In this document: positions 1 through 12,795 of the stretch, piece after piece
Numbering within the stretch: the stretch's first letter is position 1
How the letters are laid out: each line of letters starts with the position of its first letter
Assembly: GCA_964016885.1 (NCBI GenBank)
Contig: CAXHJY010001557.1
Coordinates: forward strand, 1-28,436
Direction of reading: 5' to 3'
Source: Eledone cirrhosa
Taxonomy: Eukaryota
Length of the DNA stretch: 28,436 bases
Program-made: the position numbers and the translations under genes
The notes under the pieces: model-generated
Databases searched by the model: none
Seen by the model: only the letters and a program-made list of their open reading frames with translations
What the model was told of the DNA's origin: nothing

Positions 1-57
1 AAAAGCATATAGCGATATGTGCTTTTACGATTCTCTAGAGAAGCCGGAAGATAGGTA

Positions 58-102
58 AATATTGCTGATGAGTTGTAACAACAACGAAACTAGTTCAATA
101 TT
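58..102 (+). ncRNA. Type I hammerhead ribozyme, first of 19 copies (one per unit)
   Basis: Stem I AATATTG(58-64)/CAATATT(96-102); core CTGATGA 65-71; stem II GTTGT/ACAAC with AACA loop 72-85; GAAA 86-89; palindromic stem III AACTAGTT; GUU triplet 93-95, predicted cut after 95. Stem I extends imperfectly to 30-125. Confidence 0.92.
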
Positions 103-3100
103 CCTTGTCTGGCTTTCTGGAGAATAGAGGAAAGGTGTTTCCTCAAAAACCAGTATGACTCTAAAAACCGGTTTGTCTGTGTGTTTACATACAGAATAGC
201 TGGCCACTCACAGTAAAGTGATCAGTGAAAAAAAACTTGGTACATCTACATATGTATACGTGTGTGTATTCATATACATACTAGTATTTCAGTATACATA
301 TATGGATGTACATCTTTGACTTAATTGTTTGAGCGTCAGTCATACAAAAGTGAGTTACAAACGAAACGAAATTTAATTTCGTTTCGTTATTTGTTTTTAT
401 CGTCTCCGTTGAACCGGTACTTACTCACACTCTATGCAAGTTGGTCTGCCCACTACTAATTTTCATAGAAAAAGCATATAGCGATATGTGCTTTTACGAT
501 TCTCTAGAGAAGCCGGAAGATAGGTAAATATTGCTGATGAGTTGTAACAACAACGAAACTAGTTCAATATTCCTTGTCTGGCTTTCTGGAGAATAGAGGA
601 AAGGTGTTTCCTCAAAAACCAGTATGACTCTAAAAACCGGTTTGTCTGTGTGTTTACATACAGAATAGCTGGCCACTCACAGTAAAGTGATCAGTGAAAA
701 AAAACTTGGTACATCTACATATGTATACGTGTGTGTATTCATATACATACTAGTATTTCAGTATACATATATGGATGTACATCTTTGACTTAATTGTTTG
801 AGCGTCAGTCATACAAAAGTGAGTTACAAACGAAACGAAATTTAATTTCGTTTCGTTATTTGTTTTTATCGTCTCCGTTGAACCGGTACTTACTCACACT
901 CTATGCAAGTTGGTCTGCCCACTACTAATTTTCATAGAAAAAGCATATAGCGATATGTGCTTTTACGATTCTCTAGAGAAGCCGGAAGATAGGTAAATAT
1001 TGCTGATGAGTTGTAACAACAACGAAACTAGTTCAATATTCCTTGTCTGGCTTTCTGGAGAATAGAGGAAAGGTGTTTCCTCAAAAACCAGTATGACTCT
1101 AAAAACCGGTTTGTCTGTGTGTTTACATACAGAATAGCTGGCCACTCACAGTAAAGTGATCAGTGAAAAAAAACTTGGTACATCTACATATGTATACGTG
1201 TGTGTATTCATATACATACTAGTATTTCAGTATACATATATGGATGTACATCTTTGACTTAATTGTTTGAGCGTCAGTCATACAAAAGTGAGTTACAAAC
1301 GAAACGAAATTTAATTTCGTTTCGTTATTTGTTTTTATCGTCTCCGTTGAACCGGTACTTACTCACACTCTATGCAAGTTGGTCTGCCCACTACTAATTT
1401 TCATAGAAAAAGCATATAGCGATATGTGCTTTTACGATTCTCTAGAGAAGCCGGAAGATAGGTAAATATTGCTGATGAGTTGTAACAACAACGAAACTAG
1501 TTCAATATTCCTTGTCTGGCTTTCTGGAGAATAGAGGAAAGGTGTTTCCTCAAAAACCAGTATGACTCTAAAAACCGGTTTGTCTGTGTGTTTACATACA
1601 GAATAGCTGGCCACTCACAGTAAAGTGATCAGTGAAAAAAAAACTTGGTACATCTACATATGTATACGTGTGTGTATTCATATACATACTAGTATTTCAG
1701 TATACATATATGGATGTACATCTTTGACTTAATTGTTTGAGCGTCAGTCATACAAAAGTGAGTTACAAACGAAACGAAATTTAATTTCGTTTCGTTATTT
1801 GTTTTTATCGTCTCCGTTGAACCGGTACTTACTCACACTCTATGCAAGTTGGTCTGCCCACTACTAATTTTCATAGAAAAAGCATATAGCGATATGTGCT
1901 TTTACGATTCTCTAGAGAAGCCGGAAGATAGGTAAATATTGCTGATGAGTTGTAACAACAACGAAACTAGTTCAATATTCCTTGTCTGGCTTTCTGGAGA
2001 ATAGAGGAAAGGTGTTTCCTCAAAAACCAGTATGACTCTAAAAACCGGTTTGTCTGTGTGTTTACATACAGAATAGCTGGCCACTCACAGTAAAGTGATC
2101 AGTGAAAAAAAACTTGGTACATCTACATATGTATACGTGTGTGTATTCATATACATACTAGTATTTCAGTATACATATATGGATGTACATCTTTGACTTA
2201 ATTGTTTGAGCGTCAGTCATACAAAAGTGAGTTACAAACGAAACGAAATTTAATTTCGTTTCGTTATTTGTTTTTATCGTCTCCGTTGAACCGGTACTTA
2301 CTCACACTCTATGCAAGTTGGTCTGCCCACTACTAATTTTCATAGAAAAAGCATATAGCGATATGTGCTTTTACGATTCTCTAGAGAAGCGGAAGATAGG
2401 TAAATATTGCTGATGAGTTGTAACAACAACGAAACTAGTTCAATATTCCTTGTCTGGCTTTCTGGAGAATAGAGGAAAGGTGTTTCCTCAAAAACCAGTA
2501 TGACTCTAAAAACCGGTTTGTCTGTGTGTTTACATACAGAATAGCTGGCCACTCACAGTAAAGTGATCAGTGAAAAAAAACTTGGTACATCTACATATGT
2601 ATACGTGTGTGTATTCATATACATACTAGTATTTCAGTATACATATATGGATGTACATCTTTGACTTAATTGTTTGAGCGTCAGTCATACAAAAGTGAGT
2701 TACAAACGAAACGAAATTTAATTTCGTTTCGTTATTTGTTTTTATCGTCTCCGTTGAACCGGTACTTACTCACACTCTATGCAAGTTGGTCTGCCCACTA
2801 CTAATTTTCATAGAAAAAGCATATAGCGATATGTGCTTTTACGATTCTCTAGAGAAGCCGGAAGATAGGTAAATATTGCTGATGAGTTGTAACAACAACG
2901 AAACTAGTTCAATATTCCTTGTCTGGCTTTCTGGAGAATAGAGGAAAGGTGTTTCCTCAAAAACCAGTATGACTCTAAAAACCGGTTTGTCTGTGTGTTT
3001 ACATACAGAATAGCTGGCCACTCACAGTAAAGTGATCAGTGAAAAAAAACTTGGTACATCTACATATGTATACGTGTGTGTATTCATATACATACTAGTA

Positions 3101-6100
3101 TTTCAGTATACATATATGGATGTACATCTTTGACTTAATTGTTTGAGCGTCAGTCATACAAAAGTGAGTTACAAACGAAACGAAATTTAATTTCGTTTCG
3201 TTATTTGTTTTTATCGTCTCCGTTGAACCGGTACTTACTCACACTCTATGCAAGTTGGTCTGCCCACTACTAATTTTCATAGAAAAAGCATATAGCGATA
3301 TGTGCTTTTACGATTCTCTAGAGAAGCCGGAAGATAGGTAAATATTGCTGATGAGTTGTAACAACAACGAAACTAGTTCAATATTCCTTGTCTGGCTTTC
3401 TGGAGAATAGAGGAAAGGTGTTTCCTCAAAAACCAGTATGACTCTAAAAACCGGTTTGTCTGTGTGTTTACATACAGAATAGCTGGCCACTCACAGTAAA
3501 GTGATCAGTGAAAAAAAACTTGGTACATCTACATATGTATACGTGTGTGTATTCATATACATACTAGTATTTCAGTATACATATATGGATGTACATCTTT
3601 GACTTAATTGTTTGAGCGTCAGTCATACAAAAGTGAGTTACAAACGAAACGAAATTTAATTTCGTTTCGTTATTTGTTTTTATCGTCTCCGTTGAACCGG
3701 TACTTACTCACACTCTATGCAAGTTGGTCTGCCCACTACTAATTTTCATAGAAAAAGCATATAGCGATATGTGCTTTTACGATTCTCTAGAGAAGCCGGA
3801 AGATAGGTAAATATTGCTGATGAGTTGTAACAACAACGAAACTAGTTCAATATTCCTTGTCTGGCTTTCTGGAGAATAGAGGAAAGGTGTTTCCTCAAAA
3901 ACCAGTATGACTCTAAAAACCGGTTTGTCTGTGTGTTTACATACAGAATAGCTGGCCACTCACAGTAAAGTGATCAGTGAAAAAAAACTTGGTACATCTA
4001 CATATGTATACGTGTGTGTATTCATATACATACTAGTATTTCAGTATACATATATGGATGTACATCTTTGACTTAATTGTTTGAGCGTCAGTCATACAAA
4101 AGTGAGTTACAAACGAAACGAAATTTAATTTCGTTTCGTTATTTGTTTTTATCGTCTCCGTTGAACCGGTACTTACTCACACTCTATGCAAGTTGGTCTG
4201 CCCACTACTAATTTTCATAGAAAAAGCATATAGCGATATGTGCTTTTACGATTCTCTAGAGAAGCCGGAAGATAGGTAAATATTGCTGATGAGTTGTAAC
4301 AACAACGAAACTAGTTCAATATTCCTTGTCTGGCTTTCTGGAGAATAGAGGAAAGGTGTTTCCTCAAAAACCAGTATGACTCTAAAAACCGGTTTGTCTG
4401 TGTGTTTACATACAGAATAGCTGGCCACTCACAGTAAAGTGATCAGTGAAAAAAAACTTGGTACATCTACATATGTATACGTGTGTGTATTCATATACAT
4501 ACTAGTATTTCAGTATACATATATGGATGTACATCTTTGACTTAATTGTTTGAGCGTCAGTCATACAAAAGTGAGTTACAAACGAAACGAAATTTAATTT
4601 CGTTTCGTTATTTGTTTTTATCGTCTCCGTTGAACCGGTACTTACTCACACTCTATGCAAGTTGGTCTGCCCACTACTAATTTTCATAGAAAAAGCATAT
4701 AGCGATATGTGCTTTTACGATTCTCTAGAGAAGCCGGAAGATAGGTAAATATTGCTGATGAGTTGTAACAACAACGAAACTAGTTCAATATTCCTTGTCT
4801 GGCTTTCTGGAGAATAGAGGAAAGGTGTTTCCTCAAAAACCAGTATGACTCTAAAAACCGGTTTGTCTGTGTGTTTACATACAGAATAGCTGGCCACTCA
4901 CAGTAAAGTGATCAGTGAAAAAAAACTTGGTACATCTACATATGTATACGTGTGTGTATTCATATACATACTAGTATTTCAGTATACATATATGGATGTA
5001 CATCTTTGACTTAATTGTTTGAGCGTCAGTCATACAAAAGTGAGTTACAAACGAAACGAAATTTAATTTCGTTTCGTTATTTGTTTTTATCGTCTCCGTT
5101 GAACCGGTACTTACTCACACTCTATGCAAGTTGGTCTGCCCACTACTAATTTTCATAGAAAAAGCATATAGCGATATGTGCTTTTACGATTCTCTAGAGA
5201 AGCCGGAAGATAGGTAAATATTGCTGATGAGTTGTAACAACAACGAAACTAGTTCAATATTCCTTGTCTGGCTTTCTGGAGAATAGAGGAAAGGTGTTTC
5301 CTCAAAAACCAGTATGACTCTAAAAACCGGTTTGTCTGTGTGTTTACATACAGAATAGCTGGCCACTCACAGTAAAGTGATCAGTGAAAAAAAACTTGGT
5401 ACATCTACATATGTATACGTGTGTGTATTCATATACATACTAGTATTTCAGTATACATATATGGATGTACATCTTTGACTTAATTGTTTGAGCGTCAGTC
5501 ATACAAAAGTGAGTTACAAACGAAACGAAATTTAATTTCGTTTCGTTATTTGTTTTTATCGTCTCCGTTGAACCGGTACTTACTCACACTCTATGCAAGT
5601 TGGTCTGCCCACTACTAATTTTCATAGAAAAAGCATATAGCGATATGTGCTTTTACGATTCTCTAGAGAAGCCGGAAGATAGGTAAATATTGCTGATGAG
5701 TTGTAACAACAACGAAACTAGTTCAATATTCCTTGTCTGGCTTTCTGGAGAATAGAGGAAAGGTGTTTCCTCAAAACCAGTATGACTCTAAAAACCGGTT
5801 TGTCTGTGTGTTTACATACAGAATAGCTGGCCACTCACAGTAAAGTGATCAGTGAAAAAAAACTTGGTACATCTACATATGTATACGTGTGTGTATTCAT
5901 ATACATACTAGTATTTCAGTATACATATATGGATGTACATCTTTGACTTAATTGTTTGAGCGTCAGTCATACAAAAGTGAGTTACAAACGAAACGAAATT
6001 TAATTTCGTTTCGTTATTTGTTTTTATCGTCTCCGTTGAACCGGTACTTACTCACACTCTATGCAAGTTGGTCTGCCCACTACTAATTTTCATAGAAAAA

Positions 6101-8498
6101 GCATATAGCGATATGTGCTTTTACGATTCTCTAGAGAAGCCGGAAGATAGGTAAATATTGCTGATGAGTTGTAACAACAACGAAACTAGTTCAATATTCC
6201 TTGTCTGGCTTTCTGGAGAATAGAGGAAAGGTGTTTCCTCAAAAACCAGTATGACTCTAAAAACCGGTTTGTCTGTGTGTTTACATACAGAATAGCTGGC
6301 CACTCACAGTAAAGTGATCAGTGAAAAAAAACTTGGTACATCTACATATGTATACGTGTGTGTATTCATATACATACTAGTATTTCAGTATACATATATG
6401 GATGTACATCTTTGACTTAATTGTTTGAGCGTCAGTCATACAAAAGTGAGTTACAAACGAAACGAAATTTAATTTCGTTTCGTTATTTGTTTTTATCGTC
6501 TCCGTTGAACCGGTACTTACTCACACTCTATGCAAGTTGGTCTGCCCACTACTAATTTTCATAGAAAAAGCATATAGCGATATGTGCTTTTACGATTCTC
6601 TAGAGAAGCCGGAAGATAGGTAAATATTGCTGATGAGTTGTAACAACAACGAAACTAGTTCAATATTCCTTGTCTGGCTTTCTGGAGAATAGAGGAAAGG
6701 TGTTTCCTCAAAAACCAGTATGACTCTAAAAACCGGTTTGTCTGTGTGTTTACATACAGAATAGCTGGCCACTCACAGTAAAGTGATCAGTGAAAAAAAA
6801 CTTGGTACATCTACATATGTATACGTGTGTGTATTCATATACATACTAGTATTTCAGTATACATATATGGATGTACATCTTTGACTTAATTGTTTGAGCG
6901 TCAGTCATACAAAAGTGAGTTACAAACGAAACGAAATTTAATTTCGTTTCGTTATTTGTTTTTATCGTCTCCGTTGAACCGGTACTTACTCACACTCTAT
7001 GCAAGTTGGTCTGCCCACTACTAATTTTCATAGAAAAAGCATATAGCGATATGTGCTTTTACGATTCTCTAGAGAAGCCGGAAGATAGGTAAATATTGCT
7101 GATGAGTTGTAACAACAACGAAACTAGTTCAATATTCCTTGTCTGGCTTTCTGGAGAATAGAGGAAAGGTGTTTCCTCAAAAACCAGTATGACTCTAAAA
7201 ACCGGTTTGTCTGTGTGTTTACATACAGAATAGCTGGCCACTCACAGTAAAGTGATCAGTGAAAAAAAACTTGGTACATCTACATATGTATACGTGTGTG
7301 TATTCATATACATACTAGTATTTCAGTATACATATATGGATGTACATCTTTGACTTAATTGTTTGAGCGTCAGTCATACAAAAGTGAGTTACAAACGAAA
7401 CGAAATTTAATTTCGTTTCGTTATTTGTTTTTATCGTCTCCGTTGAACCGGTACTTACTCACACTCTATGCAAGTTGGTCTGCCCACTACTAATTTTCAT
7501 AGAAAAAGCATATAGCGATATGTGCTTTTACGATTCTCTAGAGAAGCCGGAAGATAGGTAAATATTGCTGATGAGTTGTAACAACAACGAAACTAGTTCA
7601 ATATTCCTTGTCTGGCTTTCTGGAGAATAGAGGAAAGGTGTTTCCTCAAAAACCAGTATGACTCTAAAAACCGGTTTGTCTGTGTGTTTACATACAGAAT
7701 AGCTGGCCACTCACAGTAAAGTGATCAGTGAAAAAAAACTTGGTACATCTACATATGTATACGTGTGTGTATTCATATACATACTAGTATTTCAGTATAC
7801 ATATATGGATGTACATCTTTGACTTAATTGTTTGAGCGTCAGTCATACAAAAGTGAGTTACAAACGAAACGAAATTTAATTTCGTTTCGTTATTTGTTTT
7901 TATCGTCTCCGTTGAACCGGTACTTACTCACACTCTATGCAAGTTGGTCTGCCCACTACTAATTTTCATAGAAAAAGCATATAGCGATATGTGCTTTTAC
8001 GATTCTCTAGAGAAGCCGGAAGATAGGTAAATATTGCTGATGAGTTGTAACAACAACGAAACTAGTTCAATATTCCTTGTCTGGCTTTCTGGAGAATAGA
8101 GGAAAGGTGTTTCCTCAAAAACCAGTATGACTCTAAAAACCGGTTTGTCTGTGTGTTTACATACAGAATAGCTGGCCACTCACAGTAAAGTGATCAGTGA
8201 AAAAAAACTTGGTACATCTACATATGTATACGTGTGTGTATTCATATACATACTAGTATTTCAGTATACATATATGGATGTACATCTTTGACTTAATTGT
8301 TTGAGCGTCAGTCATACAAAAGTGAGTTACAAACGAAACGAAATTTAATTTCGTTTCGTTATTTGTTTTTATCGTCTCCGTTGAACCGGTACTTACTCAC
8401 ACTCTATGCAAGTTGGTCTGCCCACTACTAATTTTCATAGAAAAAGCATATAGCGATATGTGCTTTTACGATTCTCTAGAGAAGCCGGAAGATAGGTA

Positions 8499-8543
8499 AA
8501 TATTGCTGATGAGTTGTAACAACAACGAAACTAGTTCAATATT
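8499..8543 (+). ncRNA. Type I hammerhead ribozyme, last (19th) copy of the array
   Basis: Identical to 58-102; followed by 234 nt of unit sequence after the cut site, then the TA tract. Confidence 0.9.
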
Positions 8544-8779
8544 CCTTGTCTGGCTTTCTGGAGAATAGAGGAAAGGTGTTTCCTCAAAAACCAGTATGAC
8601 TCTAAAAACCGGTTTGTCTGTGTGTTTACATACAGAATAGCTGGCCACTCACAGTAAAGTGATCAGTGAAAAAAAACTTGGTACATCTACATATGTATAC
8701 GTGTGTGTATTCATATACATACTAGTATTTCAGTATACATATATGGATGTACATCTTTGACTTAATTGTTATATATATA

Positions 8780-8841
<62 letters not shown>

Positions 8842-8859
8842 TATATATATATATATATA

Positions 8860-8981
8860 TAGGAACCAGTAAGACCCCAGTAAGGGGCCTTACTGGTTCC
8901 TATTACCCACTCTACTACCCCAAGTATTGAGTACTTTGGTGCGTTATGGTCCACCTGGTTCCTTACCACATTTCCTTCGTT
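8860..8981 (+). mobile_element. Short PLE/retrozyme-like element (family A), 3' tail with a 5' fold-back hairpin
   Basis: Inverted repeat 8860-8878/8884-8902. Body is homologous to the reverse complement of 15571-15667. Flanked by TA tracts that each contain TATAAGGTTATA. Confidence 0.6.
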
Positions 8982-9187
8982 ATATATATATAAGGTTATA
9001 CCAACATATATACCTGTCTGGGTGTGCATATATATATTATTAGGTTAACATTTTTCAAGCGTAAAATGAAGTAAATATTGTGAATGGTTTTAAAAACAAA
9101 ACATGAACGAGGAGTTTTATACGTGAATAAAACAGCAGACTATTTTGTATGTAACATGATGTATTAGATTGCATCATTTTTCATTTC

Positions 9188-9466
9188 ATATATATGTGTG
9201 TATGTGTGTGTATATATGTATATATATGTGTGTGTGGGTATATACATATGTATATATCTATATATATGTATATATATATATATATAGCTATATATATCTG
9301 TGTATATATATGTGTATATATATATATGTCTGTATATATATGTATATATGTATATCTCTCTATATATATATACATATGTATATACATATGTATATATATA
9401 TGTATATATATGTGCATGTATATATATCTGTATATATCTATATACATATATGTATATATCTGTATA

Positions 9467-9517
<51 letters not shown>

Positions 9518-9569
9518 ACATATATATATATATATGTATATATATGTATATATATATATGTATATAAAC

Positions 9570-9638
<69 letters not shown>

Positions 9639-9642
9639 AACA

Positions 9643-9712
<70 letters not shown>

Positions 9713-9717
9713 AACAC

Positions 9718-9808
<91 letters not shown>
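9188..9808. repeat. Complex (TA)n/(TG)n microsatellite
   Basis: Direct inspection. Confidence 0.95.
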
Positions 9809-9810
<2 letters not shown>

Positions 9811-9987
9811 AAAGGAAGGACGAATAAAATCGATAAAATAATTTTTTTTTAGTTCCAAATATTTCCAGATGAATCCGTATGAAATTTCAAAAAATATATA
9901 TATCTTCTAATGTATGTCGTGTTTTCAATATCGCCATTCTTAACGCTAATAAACATATACACCATCTCTCTCACGTGCACACGTATA

Positions 9988-10063
9988 CAGGGTGTCCCCT
10001 AAAAATGTATACACAGTTCAATAGCATTCTAGTAAATGTGTATATACATGTTTTGGGACACTG
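9988..10063. mobile_element. Tiny Tc1/mariner-type MITE
   Basis: Imperfect TIRs CAGGGTGTCCCCTAAAAATGTATACACA / TGTGTATATACATGTTTTGGGACACTG, with TA on both sides (9986-87, 10064-65). Confidence 0.65.
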
Positions 10064-10095
10064 TACCGATTGTGTTGTTATTTCTATTTACCTTT

Positions 10096-10686
<591 letters not shown>

Positions 10687-10821
10687 TTTTTAAGAGAGAG
10701 AGAGGAGATACAATCCTGAACTAGGCGACATTATTAGTGGTCTCTTCGGCCTCGGCACCACAAACTCCCCCCCCCCCTCTCTCTCTCTCTCTCCCTCTCT
10801 CTCTCTCTCTCTATCTATCTA

Positions 10822-10858
<37 letters not shown>

Positions 10859-11117
10859 GTTTATGGTGGAAAAATATTTGCTGTAAATAAGAAAAAAAAT
10901 CATTTGATAAGGAATTGAAAAGCAATGGAGAAAAACCGTGTAAAATAGAATTGATGTGATAAAACCTGGAAAATATCTAGTAAATATATCCATCTTATCA
11001 TAGGTGTATATATATATATTTGTGTATATATATATATATTTGTGTATATATATAGATATATTTGTGTATATATAGATAGATAGATACACATATATATGTG
11101 TGTGTGTTTGTTTTATT

Positions 11118-11170
<53 letters not shown>

Positions 11171-11225
11171 GTGTTTATTTTATTCTTATATATATGTATA
11201 TATATATGTATATATATATATAAAT

Positions 11226-11398
11226 TTAATATAGAAAAGCTTCAGTAGAAATCATCAGAAAGGTTTTCCCGATGATGTCTTCTACCGAATGAAACAGTTC
11301 TAGTCCTGTAGAAGCCTTTCTATATTAAATATTTACTCTTTGCCATGTATTGAGTACCTTATTTACTGTGGTTACCCCCGATTCAACGCGGGTTAAAC
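11226..11398 (+). mobile_element. Short HHR-bearing element (family B) with a partly deleted inverted arm; degenerate HHR at 11258-11320
   Basis: Stem I GAAAGGTTTTC/GAAGCCTTTC, core CCGATGA, GAAA-CAG-ttctagtc-CTG-TA. Upstream AGTAGAAATCATCAG is an inverted copy with a CTGATGA core. Homologous to 20765-20952. Confidence 0.65.
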
Positions 11399-11409
11399 TT
11401 ATATATATA

Positions 11410-11735
11410 TAGGAGAGTATTGAAGTTTGCTTGAAGCATTGTGGAACAATAAGTAAATATCTTTAAGTCGTTTGGAAGCCTCGACAATGCAAATGGGTAA
11501 ATCTCCGGGTAACAAGGTCCGGTGGTGGAGAGAGAGATGTAAGTGGGTGTACGTTGAGATGCGTGGTGTGTATAAGATGTGCGAGATGTGTAGAATGAAG
11601 GGAAGAGTATAAAGGATAAAATAAAAATAAAAATAACAACACAAGAGAGAGTTACCTTGGGAGAGATTTAATAGTCCCTATATATTTCGGATTCACATCC
11701 ATCAACTGGGCTTTTTTTCCGGGGTGGGGGAAAAA
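11410..11735 (-). mobile_element. Short element (family C) with an HHR-like motif at 11676-11710
   Basis: Minus strand reads CC-CAGTTGA-T-GGAT gtga ATCC-GAAA-tata-TA-GGG. Shares terminal ACAATGCTTCAAGCAAACTT with 17250-17270 and a similar end with 22590-22610. Confidence 0.55.
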
Positions 11736-11914
11736 AGATATATATATATATATATAAGCAAAAGAGATATTTAATTTGTTGGTAACTCAACAAATATATA
11801 TGTTTATAACTGATTCGAAGCACTCGACAAGTTTTCTGGAGTATACAATTAAGGAAAATTTGAACTGTTAATATCTTCTTCCTGGATATGTCAATATTTA
11901 TGAAACAAACTTTG

Positions 11915-11975
11915 TATTTTATCTGATGAGAGCGTACAAAAGTTTTGGCACCCTTGAAATATATATAATAGAATA
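11915..11975 (+). ncRNA. Type I hammerhead ribozyme (family D), stem II partly decayed
   Basis: TATTTTAT-CTGATGA-gagcgtacaaaagttttggcaccctt-GAAA-TATATA-TA-ATAGAATA; 8-bp stem I and palindromic stem III. Confidence 0.75.
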
Positions 11976-12010
11976 AATATAGTTTTATAAATATAGTTTC
12001 CATTTAATAT

Positions 12011-12086
<76 letters not shown>

Positions 12087-12099
12087 GGTGTACAAAAAT

Positions 12100-12288
12100 G
12101 TTTTAAATCAACATAACATGATATGTTGATTTAAAACTGCACTATTCACAAGTGTTTTTTAACCTTCATATCATGTCTCACTATTTTATCTGACAAAAAC
12201 GCAAATGTCATCTCATGATGATATTTGATTTTGAAATGCGCATAATAAAATACATGGAACTCTTTTAACCGTCTTTTGATCTTATATT
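12100..12288 (+). mobile_element. Family D element with a 5' fold-back (12100-12137) and a core-mutated HHR at 12182-12252
   Basis: TATTTTAT-CTGACAA-long stem II-GAAA-TGCGCA-TA-ATAAAATA. Dispersed copy of 16390-16555. Confidence 0.75.
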
Positions 12289-12303
12289 ATTTATGTATAT
12301 ATC

Positions 12304-12336
<33 letters not shown>

Positions 12337-12337
12337 T

Positions 12338-12368
<31 letters not shown>

Positions 12369-12574
12369 GTTCCGATGTTTTCATATATATATATGTGTAT
12401 GTATAGAGAGAGAGACGTGTACATATACCAGCGATCTTCGTTAATTTTATATAATATATATATAGGTGTGTGTGTGTTATTTGTGACGTCATTGCCTCAA
12501 CTGTATCCTACGAAAATCTTAAATCCTACCGGAATGATTTCTTTCATCCAATGGCGGCCATCCTGTTTCCTTTG

Positions 12575-12612
12575 ATATATATATATATATAATATACATA
12601 TATATATATCTA

Positions 12613-12660
<48 letters not shown>

Positions 12661-12669
12661 TACGTGTAT

Positions 12670-12700
<31 letters not shown>

Positions 12701-12758
12701 CACGTATATATGTATATGTATGTATATATATATATATATACACGTATATATGTATATG

Positions 12759-12795
<37 letters not shown>

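Larger units (their letters stand above)
1..8770 (+). repeat. Tandem array of a 469-bp hammerhead-containing unit (retrozyme / PLE-pLTR-like satellite), 18 full copies + 329 bp, truncated at the window's left edge
   Basis: Unit starts at 1, 470, 939, 1408, 1878, 2347, 2815, 3284, 3753, 4222, 4691, 5160, 5629, 6097, 6566, 7035, 7504, 7973, 8442 (periodicity mirrored by the ORF track). Array ends at ...GACTTAATTGTT (8770) against a TA tract. Confidence 0.97.

Noticed and set aside
25-207. Repeated 60-aa minus-strand ORF (MASYSVCK...) in each array unit
   Set aside because: Starts at GTG, has no recognisable domain, and lies antisense to the ribozyme; it recurs only because the unit is repeated.
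200-345. Second, minus-strand hammerhead in the unit (CTGATCA, CTGACGC on minus)
   Set aside because: Cores are non-canonical and lack a correctly placed GAAA and stems, so there is no support for an ambisense viroid-like ribozyme pair.
1-8770. CRISPR array or tandem tRNA/5S/snRNA gene cluster
   Set aside because: No unique spacers, and no cloverleaf, 5S, Sm-site or convincing A/B-box pattern seen in the unit.
12497-12574. Possible LINE coding scrap ([17 protein letters not shown], minus strand)
   Set aside because: Too short to assign without a database search.
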